From an uncultured Thermomicrobiales bacterium (GTDB lineage Bacteria > Chloroflexota > Chloroflexia > Thermomicrobiales > CFX8): 38,516 bases of DNA. Shown one piece after another: positions 31,314 to 38,516 of this stretch. The stretch is from assembly GCA_964399615.1 (NCBI GenBank), contig CAYNTE010000002.1, forward strand, positions 1 through 38,516. Reading direction: 5' to 3'. The notes beneath the pieces were generated by a model. It saw nothing but the letters and a program-made list of their open reading frames with translations. It did no database searches and was not told the DNA's origin. Position 1 is the stretch's first letter; each line of letters begins with the position of its first letter. The position numbers and the translations under genes were made by a program.

Positions 31314-34192
31314 GGCGTGGCAAGGCCATCCGAATCCCCGGCCTGCTCAACAGCATCAGGCAGTTCCACTAGCTCAATCGGACGAATTCCCAGGGAGAGC
31401 GATTGCTCGACGATGTCGCGCCGCACCAGTTGCTCAGCGGCGATGATGGTTGCGCGGACTGGGTGATCGGGTCGTGCCTGCGCGAGCATCTCCGAGACCT
31501 GGCGCATGATGTCGAGCGTCTTGTTGAAGGTCATCACCAGATCGCCTTCGGAGAGGTCGATCTTCTCAAGGATGGTCGACATCGACGCCCCGTGCGCCCA
31601 AGCCCGCACCGCGCCATAAAAGCCAGCGTGATGCCCACTGGAGATGTAGAGTCCGTTCGCTCGCTCGCAACCGATGACCTCTTGCTCCAGCTCCTCGATG
31701 CGCCGTCGCAGCAGCACGAGATTGTTTGGCAGGGAGTACGAATTCTTCAGGCGGCTGTCGCGGTCGTATGAGAACCAGGAGAAGAATTCAGCCATATCTT
31801 CAGGCGGTAATCGCTCCAAATAGCCGCGGTCGATGATCTCGCAAATGATCAGGCCGTTGTTATCGAAGACGTCGGCCAGGAGATCGGTCTTCGCGGTTGG
31901 GTAGCCGCGGTGGAGATAGTCGAAGCGGTGCAGCACGTTGCGTATGCCGCGGATGATCCCACGGATGCGTTCGCGCTCGTTCTCCATCTCCTCGTGCAGG
32001 CCGGCCTCGGTGCGGTCACGCTCTTTCTGAAGCGCCACCACGTAGCGCTGATTCTTCTGATGTTCCTTGCGGCGCACACATTGGTGACAGACATGCTCGT
32101 TGCGTTCGTTGTGGACGGCGCGGAGCTGCTGCTCGACCTCATTAATCTCCGCTGTGAGCTTCGCGCGGGCATGCTCCACCTCTTCATTCTGGCGATCTCG
32201 GTGCTGCTGGAGCAGCTTCTGGAGATCGGGCAGCGGCAGCGCATCGAGCTGGTCGTTGACGTTGGCCACGTAGTCGAGCGGCAGGATCGTGGTGATGTCG
32301 TCGATGGGATAGTCGATCTCCGCCAGTTCTGGTGGCACCCCGACGATCAGCTCGGGTGACGGCGGGTAGTCAATCTCACGATATTCACTGATCTCGATGA
32401 CCTGCGAACCGAAGAGGAAGACGCCGATGCCCGATGCGGGTGGGCGGTTGAGGAAGATGCCCCATCCGTGGCGCCGCGAGTGAACGACGAGGCCCGGTGG
32501 CGCATTGCGAAAAACCCGGCGCAAGAGCTGTCGGCCGGGTGTCTGCCATGGGCGCGTCTCTGATTGTTGGTTGAGTGAGGTTTGTTCGTTCTTGATGGTG
32601 CGTAACCGGTTGGTCAGTGCTGTCGCGGTGCGAATCAGGCCTTTATAGGATTCGAGCAGCTCTTCGCCGTTGTCGTAGCCGATCAGGCAGCCGCTCGGGT
32701 GCTCGCGAATGCGTTTCTCCAGATGCATGATCTCGTCCTCGAGATCGCGCGCGCGCCTTGCTGACTGAAATTGGGCTAGCGACTGTTGCAGGAGGTTGCG
32801 GACCCGGTTTCCACGCGGTGGGTCCCAGAGATTGAGCACGGTGTTGTAGCGGACGGCAAATGAGCTCATCACGGGTTCGAGTTCGCCGGTCGCGATCTCC
32901 AAGGCCTGCTCGAAGCTGACCCATGGGGAGTACGGGACGACGATATTGCCGCGCTCATCCATGCCCCGTCGACCGGCGCGCCCTGCCATTTGCTGGAACT
33001 CGTTGGGGATCAGGAGCCGGCGTCGACGGCCGTCCCACTTGTTGAGCCTGCCAATCACGACCGAGCGTGCGGGCATATTCACGCCAAGCGCCAGCGTATC
33101 GGTGGCGAAGACGACTTGCATGAGTCCGCGGCTGAAGAGCTCTTCGACCAGTTGTTTGAGAATCGGTAACAGACCAGCATGGTGAAAGCCAATGCCTTGC
33201 TGCGCCAGGCTGACGATGCGTGTGACCTGTTCGAGCTGGCGGTCCTCTTCGCGCATTGCGCCGAGTTGATGATCGATGACCTCATTGATGCGTTCGAGTG
33301 TGCCGTCGTCGCGCACGAAATTAGCGCGCATCGCTCCCACTCGCTGCGCGTACTCCTCGCAGTCGCGCCGGGAGAAGAGGAAGTAGATCGCAGGTAGCAT
33401 CGATTGCGCCGACATCGCCTGCAGAATCTGCCACGGTTGCGGCTCTTCCCGCTCGGCCTGTTTGCGGAGGTCGGGAGTGAAACCACGACGCCGGATCTGT
33501 CGTTTCACTTCGCCGCCGTAGCGTGAGTAGTCGCCAACCATCTCGCCGTGATGGTCGATCACGGGCCGCAGTTTCTTGTCAAAGAAATAGTAAAGCGCCA
33601 GCGGGATGGCGCGTTTGTCGTGGACGATCAGACGTAGAGGCCGGTGGGTGCGACCGATCCAGCCAGCGATCTCGTCGGCATTGGAGACCGTGGCCGAAAG
33701 GCAAATGAGCTGGACGTGCTCTGGACAGAGGATGATCGCCTCTTCCCAGGTCGTGCCGCGCTCCGGGTCAGCGATATAGTGCACCTCGTCGAAGATGACG
33801 CAATCGACGGTCTCGATCTCCCAAGGCGTCTGCAGCAGCATGTTGCGCAGCACCTCGGTGGTCATGACCAAAATCGGCGCGCCGGAATTTTCAGTGACAT
33901 CGCCAGTCAGCAGTCCAACCTGATCGCCGTAGATCTCCCGCAAATCGCGGAACTTCTGGTTTGAGAGTGCTTTGATTGGTGTGGTGTAGATTACGCGTCC
34001 CTGGCGGCGGATTGATTCCCAGACACCGAACTCGGCCACGATGGTCTTGCCGGTGCCGGTTGGCGCGGCAACCATCACAGAGTCACCATTCAGCAGCGTC
34101 TCGATGGCCTCGATCTGGAAATCATCCAGTCGAAATGGATAGAGGTGCGTAAAGTGCTGAATAATATCTTGGTGTGCCAGGGTACAGTCCAT
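31310..34192 (-). CDS. Ski2-like DEAD/DEAH-box (DExH) helicase, HelY-type
   Basis: Motif I AAPTGTGKT, motif II DEVHYI, motif III SAT, motif VI QMAGRAGRRGMD. Long C-terminal region, with layout and length like actinobacterial HelY/Ski2-family helicases. Confidence 0.88.
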   Translation of the reverse strand: MDCTLAHQDIIQHFTHLYPFRLDDFQIEAIETLLNGDSVMVAAPTGTGKTIVAEFGVWESIRRQGRVIYTTPIKALSNQKFRDLREIYGDQVGLLTGDVTENSGAPILVMTTEVLRNMLLQTPWEIETVDCVIFDEVHYIADPERGTTWEEAIILCPEHVQLICLSATVSNADEIAGWIGRTHRPLRLIVHDKRAIPLALYYFFDKKLRPVIDHHGEMVGDYSRYGGEVKRQIRRRGFTPDLRKQAEREEPQPWQILQAMSAQSMLPAIYFLFSRRDCEEYAQRVGAMRANFVRDDGTLERINEVIDHQLGAMREEDRQLEQVTRIVSLAQQGIGFHHAGLLPILKQLVEELFSRGLMQVVFATDTLALGVNMPARSVVIGRLNKWDGRRRRLLIPNEFQQMAGRAGRRGMDERGNIVVPYSPWVSFEQALEIATGELEPVMSSFAVRYNTVLNLWDPPRGNRVRNLLQQSLAQFQSARRARDLEDEIMHLEKRIREHPSGCLIGYDNGEELLESYKGLIRTATALTNRLRTIKNEQTSLNQQSETRPWQTPGRQLLRRVFRNAPPGLVVHSRRHGWGIFLNRPPASGIGVFLFGSQVIEISEYREIDYPPSPELIVGVPPELAEIDYPIDDITTILPLDYVANVNDQLDALPLPDLQKLLQQHRDRQNEEVEHARAKLTAEINEVEQQLRAVHNERNEHVCHQCVRRKEHQKNQRYVVALQKERDRTEAGLHEEMENERERIRGIIRGIRNVLHRFDYLHRGYPTAKTDLLADVFDNNGLIICEIIDRGYLERLPPEDMAEFFSWFSYDRDSRLKNSYSLPNNLVLLRRRIEELEQEVIGCERANGLYISSGHHAGFYGAVRAWAHGASMSTILEKIDLSEGDLVMTFNKTLDIMRQVSEMLAQARPDHPVRATIIAAEQLVRRDIVEQSLSLGIRPIELVELPDAVEQAGDSDGLATP

Positions 34193-34323
34193 CGGCGATG
34201 ATTGGTGTCGTCGGTAGTAGCTTGGCGAGTGTCAGCGATGAAGGATCTCAGGAGTCGCCAGCGGATGCAGAGTGGCATCCGACCGCTGAGTATACCAATT
34301 CGCACTATAGACCTGGTCAGAAG

Positions 34324-35460
34324 GTGATAGATCTGCGTATAGGCATCAACGCACATCTGCTCTCGTTCGATTCTGGATACCGTCAGGCGGGGATCTCTCG
34401 CTACGTGGATGCGCTGCTACGCGAGCTTCCGGCGTTGCTGGGGCCGGCCGACGAGCTGGTGTGCTTTACGGACAAGCCGGTAGCTGAGCGCTACGATCCA
34501 GCGATCGAGTGGGTGCAGTCGGCAGCGTCAACGTCCAATCCCCTGGCACGCATCGCCTGGGAGCAGACGATGGGCGCGCTGGTGGGGCGTCGATGGGGTC
34601 TCGATGTCTTGCACGCCCCGGTGAATGTCATGCCGATTGTCAGTATGACACCTACCGTGGTGACGGTCCACGATCTAGCCTTCGAGCGCATTGCCGGACA
34701 CTATCCAGCGACAAAGCGTGCATATCAGCGGATTCTGACCCGCCTGAGCGTACGGCGAGCCGAGCAGGTGATCGCCGTGTCACAGTCGACGGCGGATGAT
34801 GTTGCCGAACTCTACGGAGCGTCGCGGCAGGCGATTGAGGTCGTTCCCAACGGCATCGACGCTACCTACCGGCCGCAAGGCCATGCAGCGGACCAGGCAT
34901 TTCGGGCCGAGCACGGACTTCCAGATGAATTTCTTCTCTTCGTCGGCACGCTGCAGCCGCGCAAGAATCTGAGTGGACTGATTCACGCACTGGAACTGAT
35001 CAAAGCTGAAATCGACTGGCCGTTGGTGGTGGTCGGTGGCCGGGGCTGGCTTGAGAGCGACCTGGCGCGGCAAGTGCGCCGCTATGATTTGGGAGAGCGC
35101 GTGCGATTTGCCGGCTATGTGCCCGCGGAGGAACTCCCGCAGTGGTACTCGGCTGCGACGGTCTTTGTTTTGCCATCCTATTACGAAGGGTTCGGGCTGC
35201 CTGCGTTGGAGGCGATGGCCTGTGGAACGCCTGTGGTCGTCTCCGGACGTTCGTCGTTCCCGGAAGTCGTCGGCGCCGCTGGATTGCTGGTCGATCCGGA
35301 GATGCCACGCTCGATTGCGGCTGGTATCCTGCGATTGGCTCGCGATCGAGACCTGCGCGAGCAGTTGGCGAGTCGTGGTCGCGAGCGTGCCAAGGAATAT
35401 AGCTGGACCAGAACGGCACGTGAGACACTGGATGTGTATCGGCGGATTGCCGCAGGGTAG
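34324..35460 (+). CDS. GT4-family (GT-B) glycosyltransferase, PimA/mannosyltransferase-like
   Basis: C-terminal nucleotide-sugar motif PSYYEGFGLPALEAMACGTPVVVS. The N-terminal IDLRIGINAHLL is typical of GT4. Start set to GTG 34324, because the tracked ATG 34174 would overlap the divergent helicase start. The start remains uncertain. Confidence 0.75.
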   Translation: MIDLRIGINAHLLSFDSGYRQAGISRYVDALLRELPALLGPADELVCFTDKPVAERYDPAIEWVQSAASTSNPLARIAWEQTMGALVGRRWGLDVLHAPVNVMPIVSMTPTVVTVHDLAFERIAGHYPATKRAYQRILTRLSVRRAEQVIAVSQSTADDVAELYGASRQAIEVVPNGIDATYRPQGHAADQAFRAEHGLPDEFLLFVGTLQPRKNLSGLIHALELIKAEIDWPLVVVGGRGWLESDLARQVRRYDLGERVRFAGYVPAEELPQWYSAATVFVLPSYYEGFGLPALEAMACGTPVVVSGRSSFPEVVGAAGLLVDPEMPRSIAAGILRLARDRDLREQLASRGRERAKEYSWTRTARETLDVYRRIAAG

Positions 35461-35469
35461 GGGGAATGC

Positions 35470-36507
35470 ATGCAGATTAGCGGCACAAAGACGCCGATCG
35501 CTGACGTTGGCGAGTTCGGCCTGATCAAGGGCATTGGCAATTTGGTGCGAGCGCTCAACAAGGGCCAGCGCGGCGTCGAGGTTGGCATCGGCGACGATGG
35601 TGCAATCTGGAAGCCGTTGCCAGGTCGCGAGCTGGTCATTACTTCAGACATGCTCGTCGAAGGCGTGCACTTTCGCCATGACTGGTCAAAAGCCGAATCG
35701 ATCGGGATCCGGGCGATGGCCGTCAATCTGAGCGATATCGCCGGCATGGGTGCTCGCCCGCGCGCGGCGGTCATCTCGCTGGGTCTGCGCGGCGATGAGT
35801 CCGATCGTTGGGTCTATGAGTTCTACCGGGGTGCGCTGCGGCTGGCTTCCAAGCTTCACTTTGCCGTCGTCGGTGGAGATCTGGTGCGCTCGCCGAAGGC
35901 AACGACAGTCAATGTCACGGTTATCGGCGACCTCAATCCTCGCAAGCCAGCGCTGCAACGTGATGCAGCGGATCTAGGCGATGTCATCGCGGTTACTGGT
36001 CCGCTGGGACTTGCTGCGGGCGGCGCGCGCATCCTGGAAGAGGGCAATCTTAGCCGGGACGGAGCGCCGCGGATGATGGAGGCGCATCGCCGGCCCACGC
36101 CGCGCGTCTTCCAGGGCCTGTTGCTTCGCTGGGCAGGTGTGCGCTGCGGGATGGATATCTCGGATGGCTTGCTGGGTGATCTCGATCATATCCTGCAGCA
36201 AAGTGGATACAGCGCCAAGCTAGATTTTGAGAAGCTTCCGATCCCGCATGCTGTGCGGCGTAATTTTGATGACTGGTTTGACCTGGCGTTGCGTGGCGGC
36301 GAGGATTTCGAATTGCTCTTCACCTGTCCGCGTGAGACGTTCGACCATGTCCAGCGGACTTTCGCTCGCTTTGGCTGTCCACCTGCGATTGAGATCGGGA
36401 CGATTGAGGCGTGGCGCGATTCTGGATCGCCAATCCAGATGATCCAGACCGACCGCAAGACCATCGACATCGAGCCTGGAGCGCACACGCACTTCAGCGC
36501 CCCATAG
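35470..36507 (+). CDS. thiL: Thiamine-monophosphate kinase
   Basis: GEFGLI, IGDDGA, DMLVEGVHF and NLSDIAGMGARP motifs of ThiL/AIR-synthase-related proteins. RBS GGGGGA lies upstream. Confidence 0.9.
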   Translation: MQISGTKTPIADVGEFGLIKGIGNLVRALNKGQRGVEVGIGDDGAIWKPLPGRELVITSDMLVEGVHFRHDWSKAESIGIRAMAVNLSDIAGMGARPRAAVISLGLRGDESDRWVYEFYRGALRLASKLHFAVVGGDLVRSPKATTVNVTVIGDLNPRKPALQRDAADLGDVIAVTGPLGLAAGGARILEEGNLSRDGAPRMMEAHRRPTPRVFQGLLLRWAGVRCGMDISDGLLGDLDHILQQSGYSAKLDFEKLPIPHAVRRNFDDWFDLALRGGEDFELLFTCPRETFDHVQRTFARFGCPPAIEIGTIEAWRDSGSPIQMIQTDRKTIDIEPGAHTHFSAP

Positions 36508-36604
36508 TCCCGCGTCACGTCTGCATAGCCGATCCGGAATCTTCCCGCACGCTGGGTTAAGATCAATACCGGCGAATTCGGCTAAATCTGCTGAAGGAGA
36601 ATAC

Positions 36605-37126
36605 GTGAGCGCCGCGCCGCGAGCCGCCCTCGACTTTATTTCGCACAGCCCCGACCAAACACGCAGATTCGGGCAATTGCTTGGTCGCCAGCTTGCGTGT
36701 GGAGATCTGGTGCTGGTCGGGGGACAGCTTGGGTCGGGGAAGACGACGCTGATTCAAGGCATCGGGCGCGGACTGGGAGTTCGGGCCGATATCGTAAGCC
36801 CAACGTTCACGATTGTCATGGAACACCAGGGGCAGCTGGGCACAGGCGATCCGGTACGCTTCTATCATATTGACCTCTACCGTCTGGCAGGAACGGACGA
36901 CGATCTGGAGAGCATTGGATTCGACGACTACTTGAGCGATCCCGGCGGTATCGTCGTGATTGAGTGGCCCGAGAGGGCGGCCGTTGCGATACCGGAGCGG
37001 TATCTGATGGTGGATCTTGAGCGAATCGCTGAGTCGAAGCGCCGGGTGCGCGTCGCGCCAAGTGGTGATGACTATCAGGATCTGGTCGCGAATCTGCGAG
37101 GTGAAGTTGGGGGCGCGCGTGGCTGA
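36605..37126 (+). CDS. tsaE: tRNA t6A37 biosynthesis ATPase TsaE
   Basis: GTG start after GAAGGAG. P-loop GQLGSGKTT, SPTFTIV and YHIDLYRL motifs. Confidence 0.9.
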   Translation: MSAAPRAALDFISHSPDQTRRFGQLLGRQLACGDLVLVGGQLGSGKTTLIQGIGRGLGVRADIVSPTFTIVMEHQGQLGTGDPVRFYHIDLYRLAGTDDDLESIGFDDYLSDPGGIVVIEWPERAAVAIPERYLMVDLERIAESKRRVRVAPSGDDYQDLVANLRGEVGGARG

Positions 37127-37145
37127 GAACTACCCTCAAGGCTGG

Positions 37146-37835
37146 ATGCTCGCAATTGATACCTCTGCGCTGACCGCCTCGATCGCCCTACTATCTGCCG
37201 ATGACCCGGCGGAAGCTTGCACCGAGCTGGTTTGGACAGCTGGCCGCAACCAAACCGCGACGTTGCTGGGGCAAGTTGATGCGCAACTGCGTCTGGCTGG
37301 AATCAGTACCGAGGATCTGGGTGCGGTGGCGGTTGCGATCGGCCCCGGCTCGTTCAACGCCTTGCGCGTGGGTCTCAGCGTTGCCAAGAGTCTCGCGTTT
37401 GCCCACGCTATCCCGATATTTGGCGTCGGCACGCTCGAAGCCGCGGCACGGTCGTTCGAGGGGCTCGGCTTCCCGGTCCGTGCCTTCGTCGACGCCGGGC
37501 GCGAGCGAGTGGTTGTTGGCGATTTCGAGCTGCGGGGTGACGTGCTGGTTGCGCGCGGCGAACTGGAGCACCGGTTGCGACCTGATCTGGCGGATGGCTT
37601 GATCGAGCCGACGATTCTGGCCGGCGACCTTCCCGAAGCGCTTGCGGACGAGCTGGCGACCAACGCGTGCGTCGTGGCTGTCAACCCGGCCCTGCGGCGA
37701 CGGCGGGCCAGCAGCCTGATCGATCTCGCGATACCACGCTGGCGTGCCAATGATGCCGACGATCTGGTCAGTCTGCAGCCGGTCTATATTCACTCGCGCC
37801 CTCAGCAACAGCGGTCTGGAAAGCGTTCGCGGTGA
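37146..37835 (+). CDS. tsaB: tRNA t6A37 biosynthesis protein TsaB
   Basis: The N-terminus MLAIDTSALTASIALL and the block GPGSFNALRVGLSVAKSLA are typical of TsaB/YeaZ. An alternative start is GTG 37119, overlapping the tsaE stop. Confidence 0.85.
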   Translation: MLAIDTSALTASIALLSADDPAEACTELVWTAGRNQTATLLGQVDAQLRLAGISTEDLGAVAVAIGPGSFNALRVGLSVAKSLAFAHAIPIFGVGTLEAAARSFEGLGFPVRAFVDAGRERVVVGDFELRGDVLVARGELEHRLRPDLADGLIEPTILAGDLPEALADELATNACVVAVNPALRRRRASSLIDLAIPRWRANDADDLVSLQPVYIHSRPQQQRSGKRSR

Positions 37836-38482
37836 GTTTTTACATAGAGCCGATGCGGCAGGAAGATGTACCGGAAGTCTCACGCGTCGAGCGTTTGTGC
37901 TTCACGAACCCCTGGCCGCAATCTGCCTACCGCCGCGAACTGCGCAAGCCATCGAGTAACTACTATGTCGTCTTGCGCGAGCGACGCGATAGCGCTCAAC
38001 CTTCTGAGCAAACGGAAGATGCGGACGACCGGCCATGGCACGCGCGGATCTTGCCGTTCCCGCGGCGCGAAGAGCGTGAGATGGATAGCGATCCGATCAT
38101 CGGGTTTGCAGGCATGTGGATTGTCTTCGATGAAGCCCATGTCACGACCATTGGTGTGCATCCCGGCTATCGGGGACATGGTCTCGGCGAGCTGATTCTG
38201 GCCCATCTCTTCGTGGCAGCGATCAAGCGCGGCGCGGAGATGGTGACGCTGGAAGTGCGGGTCTCGAACGAGTCGGCCCAATCGCTCTATCGCAAGTATG
38301 GTTTCACGAATCAGGGGCTGCGCCGGCACTACTACAGCGACAATGGCGAGGATGCGTACATCATGTGGTCGCCATCGGTACGTGAGCCTGAGTGGGTGAA
38401 AACGTTCCAGCGCTTGCGGCGTGAATTGGTCGAGCGGCTGGGAGAAACGCTGGAACCTGGCACCATTGAATCATTGCGTTGA
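37832..38482 (+). CDS. rimI: Ribosomal-protein-alanine N-acetyltransferase RimI-like GNAT
   Basis: GTGA overlap with the tsaB stop. Motifs VERLCFTNPWP, IGVHPGYRGHGLGELIL and SLYRKYGF. Canonical position between tsaB and tsaD. Confidence 0.85.
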   Translation: MSFYIEPMRQEDVPEVSRVERLCFTNPWPQSAYRRELRKPSSNYYVVLRERRDSAQPSEQTEDADDRPWHARILPFPRREEREMDSDPIIGFAGMWIVFDEAHVTTIGVHPGYRGHGLGELILAHLFVAAIKRGAEMVTLEVRVSNESAQSLYRKYGFTNQGLRRHYYSDNGEDAYIMWSPSVREPEWVKTFQRLRRELVERLGETLEPGTIESLR

Positions 38483-38493
38483 AGGAGCCTGCC

Positions 38494-38516
38494 GTGAACA
38501 TCCTGGCCATCGAAAC
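38494..38516 (+). CDS. tsaD: Start of tRNA N6-adenosine threonylcarbamoyltransferase TsaD (3' end beyond window)
   Basis: GTG 38494 lies 6 nt after GAAGGAG (38481-87). Translation is VNILAIET, matching the usual TsaD N-terminus (xILGIETSCDET) and the operon context. Only 7 full codons are visible. Confidence 0.6.

Noticed and set aside
34174-34323. Upstream ATG start for the glycosyltransferase
   Set aside because: It would overlap the divergent helicase start codon region and adds about 50 non-GT4-like residues. The exact start remains uncertain.
1-38516. Search for CRISPR arrays, IS/transposase or integrase genes, prophage or defence-island signatures
   Set aside because: I found no direct-repeat/spacer arrays, no terminal inverted repeats, and no recombinase-, nuclease- or toxin-like ORFs. 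The window reads as core chromosome.

Overview
Visibly GC-rich bacterial chromosomal segment, densely packed with mostly housekeeping genes on both strands. The T-box leader, a translin-family protein, a Ski2/HelY-type helicase and TAT/lipobox binding proteins suggest a Chloroflexota/Thermomicrobia-like or other Terrabacteria organism, but this is inference only. Gene order is as follows. (1) Hydantoinase B fragment, two tandem family-5 ABC substrate-binding lipoproteins and two permeases, with no ATPase genes. (2) thrC-thrB, then rpsF-ssb-rpsR. (3) A membrane-anchored parvulin PPIase and a PH-domain membrane protein. (4) A CDP-alcohol phosphatidyltransferase and an HtrB/PatA-like acyltransferase. 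(5) leuS on the minus strand with its T-box leader, then a translin-like protein. (6) A secreted four-repeat protein and an M14 carboxypeptidase. (7) A minus-strand TetR / BNR-propeller / FMN-reductase cluster with a divergent cupin gene. (8) gcvPB, a DUF1385 protein, argH and a GNAT acetyltransferase. (9) A Ski2-like helicase, a GT4 glycosyltransferase and thiL. (10) tsaE-tsaB-rimI-tsaD. I found no CRISPR array, transposase, integrase or recognisable defence or toxin-antitoxin module. The most unusual signal is RNA-level. The leuS T-box riboswitch (Leu specifier CUC) appears to be split by a complete, canonical tRNA-Ala(GGC) gene. The tRNA lies between Stem I and the T-box sequence with its antiterminator/terminator. 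Secondary oddities are listed here. (a) An FMN-reductase gene has its conserved N-terminus upstream of any canonical start codon, in frame with the preceding ORF across a single TAG. (b) Ribosomal proteins S6 and S18 carry charge-complementary tails. (c) LeuRS carries an insertion of about 100 aa. (d) An uncharacterised secreted protein has four internal repeats.
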